Part shown: one piece after another, positions 45,378 through 53,692 of the stretch
How positions within the stretch are numbered: position 1 is the first letter of the stretch
Layout: each line of letters starts with the position of its first letter
Sequence record: PQ351811
Length of the DNA stretch: 64,000 bases
Origin: Shigella phage SSG23
Direction: 5' to 3' (one strand)
Position numbers and translations under genes: made by a program
Notes under the pieces: model-generated
The model's input: only the letters and a program-made list of their open reading frames with translations
The model's database searches: none
Told to the model about the DNA's origin: nothing

Positions 45378-46581
45378 TGTTCTTGATAATGGCTGGCCTC
45401 GTGAAGACCGAACGGGGGTAGGTACGCTCTCTAAATTCGGCGCAGAGATGCGAATTGACTTAAGCAAGGGTTTCCCCTTACTGACAACTAAAAAGATGGC
45501 TACAGCCTCTGTAATTGGCGAGTTGCTATGGTTTATGGAAGGGTCGCTGGACCGCCGTCGCTTACAGGAAATTACACGCGGTAAATTCGATGACGAAGCC
45601 TTTGATATTTGGCGCGGTAACTGTCTTGATATGAAAGAAAAGAATCCTTTGCGATTCAACGGCTATAATGTTGGCAATATGTATGGTATGGCGTGGCGAC
45701 GCAAGCCGATTCATCCACACGGTGAAATCAAAATTAAGCGCGTTAAGAGCAAATATACACATACATTTAAGCACCCGTGGGTAGAAGACTTTACGCCAAC
45801 CAACGACACAGAAGACCGTTTATGTGCTATCTGGCGTGGTATGCGTTATGAAGAGTTTGATTCTGAATATAATCAATTCTTAGTAGCAGACCACTGGAAG
45901 ACTCAATCCAATTTTGTTAATGATGCATACTGCTTGTGGGGATTCCAGGAATGGGTAGATGATGGTTATTTCGGTTATCTGCTTGATAGTGATTATCTGG
46001 GTGGGGATATGTTCGCACCGGATACCACAATCTTTGTTAATATGGACGTAGACACATCAAGCCCTAAAGACGATGAAGAATATATCTATCGCCCGAAGAT
46101 TTGGGAAGACCAGTTACAAAACGTGATTGAACAAATTAAAAATAATCCAACGGATCGCCGGATCATTATTGACTCATGGAACGTACAAGGAACACATAAT
46201 GCTGTATTAGGTGTATGTCATCCTTTCGTGCAATTCTACGTCAATGAAGGTAAACTGTCCTGTATGTGGTTTCAGCGAAGCGTAGACAGCTTTTTGGGCT
46301 TGCCCTTTAACGTCGCCAGCTATGCGCTGTTAACTCACATCATAGCGAAAATGTGCGACCTTGAGGTTGGCGAACTGATTTTCTCCGGCGGAGATACTCA
46401 CATTTACAAAAACCACTTTGACCAAGTTATGGAGCAATTAAACCGTGTTCCGTTTGATAAACCAACAATTGAGTTGCCGGAATTTAAATCTTTAGATGAG
46501 GTATTGACAAAAACTCCGAAAGACTTTAAAATTCACAACTATCAAAGCCACCCGGCAATCACCGCTCAAATGGCAGTATAA
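45349..46581 (+). CDS. td: thymidylate synthase (ThyA family) with large internal insertion
   Basis: 410 aa; both ends collinear with E. coli ThyA/T4 Td (DRTGVGTLS, FPLLTTKK, catalytic VCHPFVQFY, LGLPFNVASYALL, GGDTHIY); about 125 aa inserted after YGMAWRR. Confidence 0.85.
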   Translation: MKEYLKLLRDVLDNGWPREDRTGVGTLSKFGAEMRIDLSKGFPLLTTKKMATASVIGELLWFMEGSLDRRRLQEITRGKFDDEAFDIWRGNCLDMKEKNPLRFNGYNVGNMYGMAWRRKPIHPHGEIKIKRVKSKYTHTFKHPWVEDFTPTNDTEDRLCAIWRGMRYEEFDSEYNQFLVADHWKTQSNFVNDAYCLWGFQEWVDDGYFGYLLDSDYLGGDMFAPDTTIFVNMDVDTSSPKDDEEYIYRPKIWEDQLQNVIEQIKNNPTDRRIIIDSWNVQGTHNAVLGVCHPFVQFYVNEGKLSCMWFQRSVDSFLGLPFNVASYALLTHIIAKMCDLEVGELIFSGGDTHIYKNHFDQVMEQLNRVPFDKPTIELPEFKSLDEVLTKTPKDFKIHNYQSHPAITAQMAV

Positions 46582-46587
46582 ACAAAT

Positions 46588-46605
46588 GCGGGGAGAAATC
46601 CCCGC
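46588..46605 (+). repeat. GC-rich stem-loop GCGGGGA-gaaa-TCCCCGC
   Basis: Same stem-loop inside promoter at 49189-49206; related copies 32930, 53189, 57904. Confidence 0.5.
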
Positions 46606-46617
46606 AAGGAGTATCAA

Positions 46618-46920
46618 ATGAAAATATGCCGCGTTGTAAACAAGTACAATAGCGATTTTGATGTTAATATTCAGCGTGGTACTATGTGGGGAAATCCATA
46701 CACCGCCAAAGAATACGGACGAGAGAAAGCTATTGCATTATACAAAGAGTGGTTGTATAATAAGATTCGAAATGGTGAGATAACACGAGCGCATTTAGAA
46801 GTATTAAGACATATGCGCTTAGGTTGTACTTGCTACCCTAAGAAATGCCACGGTGAAGTATTGGCGGATCTCGTTAATAGAGTTTTCGGCGATACTCCAG
46901 AAAATACGCTTGATATATGA
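46618..46920 (+). CDS. DUF4326-family protein with gp33-like C-terminal tail
   Basis: 100 aa; GNPYT and LGCTCYPKKCHGEVL fit DUF4326 pattern as recalled; C-terminus DTPENTLDI closely matches gp33 C-terminus DEPTNTLDI. Confidence 0.5.
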   Translation: MKICRVVNKYNSDFDVNIQRGTMWGNPYTAKEYGREKAIALYKEWLYNKIRNGEITRAHLEVLRHMRLGCTCYPKKCHGEVLADLVNRVFGDTPENTLDI

Positions 46921-46931
46921 AGTGAGGTAAT

Positions 46932-49175
46932 ATGATTAAAAATGTTGTTAAGTCTTCCGGTCTGACTGTTCCGTTTGAAAAAGAAAAAGTAATGAAAATT
47001 CTGGAAGCGGCAGCCGAAGGTCATAACGTTGATCCATATGAATTGTTTGATATGGTTGAACCGCTTCTGACAGAAGGTATGTCTACCAACGATATCCAGA
47101 AAGTATTGATTAAGGTCGCCGCAGATAACATTACTGTAGAAACACCTGATTATCAATATGTAGCAAGTAACCTTGCAATGTTCGCGCTTCGTAAATCAGT
47201 ATATGGTCAATTCCAACCGATTGATTTTTACAGCCATATTGAGCGTAATATTGCAACCGGAAAATATGATCGCGAAATTCTGCAAAAGTATTCCCGTGAA
47301 GAAGTGGAATATCTGGAGAAATTCATCGATCATAAACTTGATTTTAAAATGACCTATGCTGGTGCGATGCAGTTAAAAGAGAAATATCTTGTTCAGGATC
47401 GCAGCACTAAGAAAATCATTGAAACACCGCAATTTGCGTATATGCTGATCGGTATGTGCTTACATCAAGAAGAGACAGAAAATCGACTTGAACATGTGAT
47501 TGATTTTTATAATGCTGTTGCGAATAAGCAAATTTCTCTGCCTACTCCGATTATGGCGGGTGTGCGTACCCCGACACGACAATTTAGTTCGTGTGTGGTG
47601 ATTGAAAGTGATGACTCATTGCAGGGCATCAATGAAACAGCAAATGCAATCATCAAGTATATTAGTAAGCGTGCTGGTATCGGCATCAATGCTGGTATGA
47701 TTCGCGCGGAAGGATCTAAGATCGGGCATGGTGAAGTTCGTCATACTGGCGTTATCCCGTTCTGGAAACATTTTCAGACTGCCGTTAAGTCATGTTCACA
47801 AGGCGGTATTCGTGGCGGGGCAGCGACTCTCTATTACCCAATGTGGCATTTAGAGTTTGAAAGTCTTATTGTGTTGAAGAACAACAAAGGGGTAGAAGAT
47901 AACCGCATCCGTCATCTTGATTACGGCGTACAGATTAATAACCTGATGGTAGAGCGATTCCTTAAACGCGATTACATTACTCTGTTTAGTCCAGATGTTG
48001 CGGGTGGCTTGTTGTGGGATCTGTACTTCCGAGATGAGGAAGGATTCCGCCAGCTTTACGAAAAACTGGAAAAAGATCCGAGTGTGCGTAAAACTCGTGT
48101 TAAAGCCGAAGACCTGTTTTTAGCGGTGGCAATTGAACGTTTTAACACTGGTCGAATCTATCCAGCGTTCACAGACAACATGAACAATCACGGGGCGTTT
48201 ATTCGTAATGTAGCACCGATTAAACAATCTAACCTGTGTTGTGAAATTGCTCTGCCGACAAAACCGATGGGTCGTGATGATTCAGAGATCAGCCTATGCA
48301 CTTTGGCAGCATATGTTTTAGGTAATTTCGATATCGAAAACATGGAAGAAGTAGAACGCATTGCTATGGTTATGGTGCGTGCGCTTGACAACTTGTTAGA
48401 TTATCAGGATTATCCTGTAAAACAAGCACTGACAGCCAAAAAACGTCGCTCTCTGGGTGTTGGCGTGACTAACTTTGCATCATATCTGGCGGATAATTTC
48501 TTCACATATGAAGACGCTAACGAGTTTACGCATAAAACGTTTGAACGCTTGCAATATGCTCTGATTAAGGCTAGTGTGCAACTGGCTAAAGAGAAGGGTG
48601 CTTGCGAACTGATGCACGAAACACGTTATGGTCGCGGTGAACTTCCTATTGACTGGTACAAAAAGACAGTAGATGAACTGGTTGATCCGGTGTATGAGAT
48701 GGATTGGGAAGAACTGCGCGAAGACCTGAAAAAATATGGCATTCGTAACAGTACGCTTTCGGCGCTGATGCCTTGTGAGTCGTCTTCTCAGGTGTCTAAC
48801 AGCACAAACGGTATTGAACCGCCTCGCGGGATTGTATCGGTTAAAGGATCAAAGGAAGGACAATTTAATCAGGTTATTCCGAACGTAGAGAATAATGCTG
48901 ATGTTATTGACCTGCTTTGGACACTGATCAAGAAAGGTAACAAGCCTTATCTGACACTGGCAGCGATCATGCAGAAGTTTGTAGATCAGGCGATTAGTTC
49001 CAATACATCCTACGATCCAAGCACTTATAAGACTGGTAAAGTCGATATTGCTGATGTATTAGATGATATGTTGTTTGCTCAATATTACGGCCTCAAGACA
49101 CTGTATTACGCTAACGTGCGTGATGGTGCTGATGGTACGGAAGACGCTAGCGAATGTTCATCTTGCAAACTGTAA
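46932..49175 (+). CDS. nrdA: ribonucleotide reductase large subunit NrdA (class Ia)
   Basis: 747 aa; N-terminal ATP-cone, active-site region NLCCEI, C-terminal CxxC tail (CSSCKL). Confidence 0.9.
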   Translation: MIKNVVKSSGLTVPFEKEKVMKILEAAAEGHNVDPYELFDMVEPLLTEGMSTNDIQKVLIKVAADNITVETPDYQYVASNLAMFALRKSVYGQFQPIDFYSHIERNIATGKYDREILQKYSREEVEYLEKFIDHKLDFKMTYAGAMQLKEKYLVQDRSTKKIIETPQFAYMLIGMCLHQEETENRLEHVIDFYNAVANKQISLPTPIMAGVRTPTRQFSSCVVIESDDSLQGINETANAIIKYISKRAGIGINAGMIRAEGSKIGHGEVRHTGVIPFWKHFQTAVKSCSQGGIRGGAATLYYPMWHLEFESLIVLKNNKGVEDNRIRHLDYGVQINNLMVERFLKRDYITLFSPDVAGGLLWDLYFRDEEGFRQLYEKLEKDPSVRKTRVKAEDLFLAVAIERFNTGRIYPAFTDNMNNHGAFIRNVAPIKQSNLCCEIALPTKPMGRDDSEISLCTLAAYVLGNFDIENMEEVERIAMVMVRALDNLLDYQDYPVKQALTAKKRRSLGVGVTNFASYLADNFFTYEDANEFTHKTFERLQYALIKASVQLAKEKGACELMHETRYGRGELPIDWYKKTVDELVDPVYEMDWEELREDLKKYGIRNSTLSALMPCESSSQVSNSTNGIEPPRGIVSVKGSKEGQFNQVIPNVENNADVIDLLWTLIKKGNKPYLTLAAIMQKFVDQAISSNTSYDPSTYKTGKVDIADVLDDMLFAQYYGLKTLYYANVRDGADGTEDASECSSCKL

Positions 49176-49183
49176 AATAAGTG

Positions 49184-49212
49184 TTGACGCGGGGAGAAAT
49201 CCCCGCTATAAT
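49184..49212 (+). promoter_or_regulatory. PeSL-type promoter TTGACG-[GCGGGGAgaaaTCCCCGC]-TATAAT
   Basis: Palindromic 17-bp spacer 49189-49206. Confidence 0.6.
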
Positions 49213-49243
49213 ACAACCATCAAAAACAAATGAGGATTTTATT

Positions 49244-49411
49244 ATGACCAAATTAAAATGTGTTGCTGTAGATTTTGAGCTAGCTGATAGCTTTGTTGTC
49301 GGTGATGAATATGATGCTCGACATGATGGGACTTGCTACTACGTTAAGGATGAATACGGCGTAGAATGGGCTATTCTTCCTGATGATAAATGTTTTGAGG
49401 TTGTCGGATAA
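49244..49411 (+). CDS. hypothetical protein
   Basis: 55-aa ORF from RBS-proximal ATG. Confidence 0.3.
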   Translation: MTKLKCVAVDFELADSFVVGDEYDARHDGTCYYVKDEYGVEWAILPDDKCFEVVG

Positions 49412-49584
49412 TGGCTACTGTATGGTTATTGATTGCAATAAGCAATTCAATGTATAATTACGGAAATATGTCAAGCATTGAATTTGCCACAAAGCAGGAT
49501 TGCGTTAAAGCTCGCGAGATTATCCGCGAAGACAATAAACGCTTTATGAATCTGTATTGCATTGAAAAGCAGAAGGTGAACTAA
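49411..49584 (+). CDS. 57-aa micro-protein (tandem paralog A)
   Basis: MATVWLLIAISNSMYNYGNMSSIEFATKQDC...; start overlaps upstream stop (TAATG); below ORF-track cutoff. Confidence 0.35.
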   Translation: MATVWLLIAISNSMYNYGNMSSIEFATKQDCVKAREIIREDNKRFMNLYCIEKQKVN

Positions 49585-49751
49585 TGGCTACATTATGGTT
49601 ATTGCTTTCCGTTAGTGTCGGCGTATATAATAAAGGAACTGTTACCAGCGTAGAGTTTTCATCACATCAAAGTTGTTTTGAAGCCATGCAGGAATTGCAA
49701 CAGGATAGCGAAATAAACAGAAATACTAAGTTCTTTTGTGTTAAAAAGTGA
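49584..49751 (+). CDS. 55-aa micro-protein (tandem paralog B)
   Basis: MATLWLLLSVSVGVYNKGTVTSVEFSSHQSC...; start overlaps stop of paralog A. Confidence 0.35.
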   Translation: MATLWLLLSVSVGVYNKGTVTSVEFSSHQSCFEAMQELQQDSEINRNTKFFCVKK

Positions 49752-49820
49752 TAGTGAGGTGAATTAATCCTTCTTCTGGATACCTGATAAATAATGGTAT
49801 ACAGAAAAGAGGATTTATTC

Positions 49821-50468
49821 ATGAACTTACAAAAACTACACGACGCAATCATAGAAAAAGCGAAGATAAGAGGAACCGTTGAAGGATATAAGGAAACACA
49901 TCATATTTTACCGCGATCTATGGGTGGCGGTGATGAAGTCGATAACCTGATTGATTTGACAGCCAAAGAACATTTTGTGATTCATCACCTGCTAGCAAAA
50001 ATTCATGGTGGACCTATGGCGCAAGCATTTGGTATGATGTGTTTGGCAAAAAATGCTAAGACCAATAAAAGAGATTATGTTGTTTCGTCTAGGGTATATG
50101 AACAAGCTAGGGTACTGATATCTGAACAAAGAAAGGGTAAGCCTATGAAAGAAGAAACGCGAAGAAAGATTAGCGAATCTTCGAAAGGTGTATTGAAATC
50201 AGAAGAGACAAAAGCTAAAATGCGTAAACCAAAAACAAAGGAGCACGCGTTAAACATTTCAAAAGCTAGAATGGGAAGTAAAAATCCTATGTTTGGGAAA
50301 CCATCGCCAACTAAAGGAATACCACATAGCGAGGAAATGAGAAAGCTGATTGCACAAAGGACAAAGGAAGCAACAATGGCAGATCCTTGTCCGCATTGCG
50401 GTAAAATTACCAATAAAGGCAATGCTCTACGATGGCACTTTGATAACTGCAAAATGAGGAATATGTGA
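49821..50468 (+). CDS. HNH homing endonuclease (MobE-like; HNH + NUMOD3 repeats + C-terminal zinc finger)
   Basis: ETHHILPRSMGGGDEVDNLIDLTAKEHFVIH; repeated basic K-rich motifs; CPHCGK; inserted between nrdA and nrdB like T4 mobE. Confidence 0.75.
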   Translation: MNLQKLHDAIIEKAKIRGTVEGYKETHHILPRSMGGGDEVDNLIDLTAKEHFVIHHLLAKIHGGPMAQAFGMMCLAKNAKTNKRDYVVSSRVYEQARVLISEQRKGKPMKEETRRKISESSKGVLKSEETKAKMRKPKTKEHALNISKARMGSKNPMFGKPSPTKGIPHSEEMRKLIAQRTKEATMADPCPHCGKITNKGNALRWHFDNCKMRNM

Positions 50469-51635
50469 ATGGGAAATACGGTATTTAATCGTGAACATGT
50501 TGATATTATGAATGAACCGATGTTTCTGGGTAGCGGTTTAGGTATCGCTCGTTATGACATTCAGCGTCATCAAGTATTTGAAGAACTAATTGAAAAATCT
50601 CTGTCATTTTTCTGGCGTCCAGAAGAGATTTCACTTGCAACTGACCGCATTCAATATCTGAATATGGGCGATGTTGAAAAACGTTTCTTTACAGAAAACT
50701 TGAAGTATCAGACATTACTTGATTCTATTCAAGGTCGCGCACCATCCGCAGCATTTGGTCCAATTGTATCTGATCCGACTCTCGATACATGGTTGCAAAC
50801 ATGGACATTCAGCGAGACAATTCATAGCCGCAGTTATACTCACATTATGCGTAACTGTTTCATTGATCCGGCTAGTGAGTTTGACCAGATCATCGATAAC
50901 CCTGCTATCATGAAGCGAGCGGAATCTATCGGGCAATATTATGATGATGTTCTTTATTGGATTCGTAAGTATGAGAATGCAAAAGAAGATCTCCGCTATT
51001 GGGAAGAACGAGACGACCAGACAGCATTAGATGATGCAAGAAGAGTTTTTGAAGATACAAAACGAGATCTGATGGCGTCGATTTATCTGTGTGCACACTG
51101 CGTTAATGCACTGGAAGCAATCCGTTTTTATGTATCCTTTGCATGTACTTTCAGCTTTGCCGAACGTGGTTTACTGGAAGGTAACGCGAAGATCATGAAA
51201 TTTATTGCGCGTGATGAACAACTTCACTTAAAAGGTACACAATACATTATTCGTCAATGGCAAACGGGGGCTGACGGTGATGAGTGGAAACAGATTGCGG
51301 AAGAACTTGAAGACGAAGCAACGAAAATCTTTCTGGATGTTGTCGAGCAAGAAAAAGAATGGGTAGACCACCTATTCGCAATGGGGGCAATTCCTAACCT
51401 GTCACCGGAAATTCTGAAAACCTATGTAGAATACCTGGCAGATTCCCGTATGCGTGCTGCCGGACTGAAAAGCCCGTTTAGTGTTCGTCGTCATCCTTTA
51501 CCGTGGATGCGTAAGTGGTTAAACTCTGACGAAGTTCAAAACGCGGCGCAAGAAGTAGAGATCATGTATCTGGTATCTCAGGTTAATACCGATTTAACAG
51601 ACGACGACTACAACCGATTCGGGAAATATCTATGA
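50469..51635 (+). CDS. nrdB: ribonucleotide reductase small subunit NrdB
   Basis: 388 aa; VDIMNEPMFLGSGLGIARYDIQRHQVFEEL matches T4 NrdB N-terminus; uninterrupted (no intron). Confidence 0.9.
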   Translation: MGNTVFNREHVDIMNEPMFLGSGLGIARYDIQRHQVFEELIEKSLSFFWRPEEISLATDRIQYLNMGDVEKRFFTENLKYQTLLDSIQGRAPSAAFGPIVSDPTLDTWLQTWTFSETIHSRSYTHIMRNCFIDPASEFDQIIDNPAIMKRAESIGQYYDDVLYWIRKYENAKEDLRYWEERDDQTALDDARRVFEDTKRDLMASIYLCAHCVNALEAIRFYVSFACTFSFAERGLLEGNAKIMKFIARDEQLHLKGTQYIIRQWQTGADGDEWKQIAEELEDEATKIFLDVVEQEKEWVDHLFAMGAIPNLSPEILKTYVEYLADSRMRAAGLKSPFSVRRHPLPWMRKWLNSDEVQNAAQEVEIMYLVSQVNTDLTDDDYNRFGKYL

Positions 51636-52108
51636 TATATTTTGTCGATTTAGATTTTACGATCACAGATCCAACGCATCGACTAGCTAAGATGCCAACC
51701 GAAAATCTTGATAAAGTCGAGTCATGGATCGAATATAACAAGGCATGTGGGGGAGATTCCCCCATTTACGATGTAATTCGTGTTATCAATGCTCTTTCTG
51801 ACAACGGTCATTTGATTTACATCCTCACCGGACGAAGTTCACATGCTTACATAGAAACGGTGGAATGGCTGATCGCTAATGATGTGTGTTTCGATAAAAT
51901 CTTTATGAGAGGTCGCAATGATTCCCGTAAAGACTATCACATCAAATTAGAGGTAATTAAATCCTTTGATAAAGATGAAGTTGTCGGAGTCTTTGAGGAT
52001 AACCCGGAAGTGATTAAAGTTCTCAGAGAAAACGGCTATCGTGTCTTTGACGTAGGAAATCACAAAGACAAGACACGAGCGGATATTGCAAATCACGGTC
52101 ATGATTAA
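51632..52108 (+). CDS. HAD-superfamily phosphatase-like protein
   Basis: 158 aa; N-terminal DLDFT (DxDxT) motif and later GRSS... region. Confidence 0.45.
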   Translation: MIYFVDLDFTITDPTHRLAKMPTENLDKVESWIEYNKACGGDSPIYDVIRVINALSDNGHLIYILTGRSSHAYIETVEWLIANDVCFDKIFMRGRNDSRKDYHIKLEVIKSFDKDEVVGVFEDNPEVIKVLRENGYRVFDVGNHKDKTRADIANHGHD

Positions 52109-52118
52109 TGTTTGTTCA

Positions 52119-52145
52119 AAGTCGCCCATAGTGGCGACTTTTTTG
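52119..52145 (+). terminator. rho-independent terminator
   Basis: AAGTCGCC-catagt-GGCGACTT followed by T-run. Confidence 0.7.
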
Positions 52146-52155
52146 TTATTGGGTG

Positions 52156-52184
52156 TTGACAATCGGATCTTGCCATAGCATAAT
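52156..52184 (+). promoter_or_regulatory. sigma70-like early promoter TTGACA-17-CATAAT
   Basis: Leader acatcgaaacggaggaacat before ATG 52209. Confidence 0.55.
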
Positions 52185-52208
52185 ACGCACATCGAAACGG
52201 AGGAACAT

Positions 52209-52427
52209 ATGGAAACAGAAGAACAAGTCATTGCATATTTTCATCGTAAAAAGATGAAACTTAGAATCGAAAAACAGTACATCAATCACTATATTGACCG
52301 AGTCCACTTAACAAGTACACCTTACCTATTCCGGTTGATAAACCCTCGAAAACGGTGGGATAAGTTGGATAGAAACACAAAAATAATTGATAAACTCACC
52401 CAATGGTGGAATGAATACAACAAGTAA
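52209..52427 (+). CDS. hypothetical protein
   Basis: 72-aa ORF; stop lies in the A-run of the following PeSL. Confidence 0.4.
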   Translation: METEEQVIAYFHRKKMKLRIEKQYINHYIDRVHLTSTPYLFRLINPRKRWDKLDRNTKIIDKLTQWWNEYNK

Positions 52428-52478
52428 AAAAGTAGTTGACACTGAATAACGGGGGTAGTAATATACCCCCATCGAAAC
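52427..52478 (+). repeat. PeSL copy 1: 52-bp promoter/stem-loop cassette (TTGACA-17-TAATAT, palindrome GGGGGTA...TACCCCC)
   Basis: 52 bp identical to 52703-52754. Confidence 0.7.
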
Positions 52479-52492
52479 AAAGGAGAATCAAA

Positions 52493-52711
52493 ATGAAATT
52501 TATCTGCACCGACTCTATCAGCAAACACTTTGTAGTAGGCGAAGTATACGAATCTACTACCATTCGTCAGCGTGACCTGATGGGTCGCCTTTACAATCAG
52601 CCAGTATTCATTATTGGTGAAGAATTGTTCTACATTGAAAACCGTCCGTGGGTTGCTTTCAATAAACGAGGACGCAAGGTAGCAAAATTCGAACTTGTCA
52701 TTAAAAAGTAG
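52493..52711 (+). CDS. hypothetical protein flanked by identical PeSLs
   Basis: 72-aa ORF from RBS-proximal ATG; stop TAG inside second PeSL copy. Confidence 0.45.
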   Translation: MKFICTDSISKHFVVGEVYESTTIRQRDLMGRLYNQPVFIIGEELFYIENRPWVAFNKRGRKVAKFELVIKK

Positions 52712-52754
52712 TTGACACTGAATAACGGGGGTAGTAATATACCCCCATCGAAAC
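52703..52754 (+). repeat. PeSL copy 2: 52-bp promoter/stem-loop cassette
   Basis: 52-bp exact direct repeat of 52427-52478. Confidence 0.7.
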
Positions 52755-52781
52755 GAAACTAACTTACTAAGGAGTATCAAG

Positions 52782-53180
52782 ATGATTAAATTTCAAACTC
52801 GCAAAGACGTTCTGGACTTCGTTAAAGTTTTCGGTTACGCTGCATTGCAACATGCAATGGACAAAATGACCATCACCCCAGATCAGACTATGCTGATCCG
52901 TATGGTTAAAGCAACCGCCTACAAAAACGACATTACCCTCTCAGAAATCAACGACGGTAATACTGTCCGCGAGGTGATTGTTTCTTTCGAATCACCGAAA
53001 ATTGGCGGTTTTCATACCACGATGTTAGGCGAAATCACTGTCACTGTATACGGGCAAGGTGGCGGAGTGTTCACCGTAAAAGAAGCGATGGAAAACGGGA
53101 CACTGAACAAAGAAAAACTGGAATTTGTCCTGAAAATCATCAAGGAGCGTAACGAAGCTCGCGATATTCTGGAAAGTTAA
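52782..53180 (+). CDS. hypothetical protein
   Basis: 132-aa ORF. Confidence 0.4.
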   Translation: MIKFQTRKDVLDFVKVFGYAALQHAMDKMTITPDQTMLIRMVKATAYKNDITLSEINDGNTVREVIVSFESPKIGGFHTTMLGEITVTVYGQGGGVFTVKEAMENGTLNKEKLEFVLKIIKERNEARDILES

Positions 53181-53230
53181 TAAGGTGGGCGGGAGAAATC
53201 CCGCCTTTGTTGTGACGTGAGGAAAGGATA

Positions 53231-53692
53231 ATGATTAATGAGCTAATAGAAAACTATGGATTCGTTAAATATTCATGTTTAGAGTGTAAAGATGGTGATG
53301 TGATTCTACCGCCTCAGAAGAACCGTTTAAATGTTCTTTACGCTATTGTGGTTGATGATGAACTGGTATATATTGGTCAGACTGTTAATCTAAGAAAGCG
53401 GATCAATTATTACCGGACTAGCATTAACAGACAGACACCAACGGCGGATACTCGCAAGAGTAAGAATATTCATAAGGCGCTAGAGGAAGGGAAGACAGTA
53501 ACATTCTATTACCGCCAGTGCTTTGAGTTGTACATCGAGAATCCAACGGGTAAGGATATTATAAGCACTGCCGATATCGAAGAACCTGTTTTGATCACCA
53601 AATTTAAACCAGAATGGAACACAAATTATGTCAACAAAAGAAAACAACAAAAAAGTTTTAGCATTGTTCAAAAATCTGATGACACTATGTGA
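53231..53692 (+). CDS. denA: endonuclease II (DenA; GIY-YIG family)
   Basis: YGFVKY..., NVLYAIVVDDELVYIGQTVNLRKRINYYRTSINR, ARQCF match T4 DenA; about 17 aa longer at C-terminus. Confidence 0.85.
   Translation: MINELIENYGFVKYSCLECKDGDVILPPQKNRLNVLYAIVVDDELVYIGQTVNLRKRINYYRTSINRQTPTADTRKSKNIHKALEEGKTVTFYYRQCFELYIENPTGKDIISTADIEEPVLITKFKPEWNTNYVNKRKQQKSFSIVQKSDDTM

Noticed and set aside
45727-46107. ThyA insertion as an intein or group I intron.
   Set aside because: The reading frame is continuous (not an intron), and the insert boundaries lack intein hallmarks (N-terminal Cys/Ser and C-terminal His-Asn followed by a nucleophile).
50469-51635. Group I introns in nrdB, td or gene 43, as found in T4.
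   Set aside because: All three genes are uninterrupted ORFs with collinear similarity to intron-less proteins.
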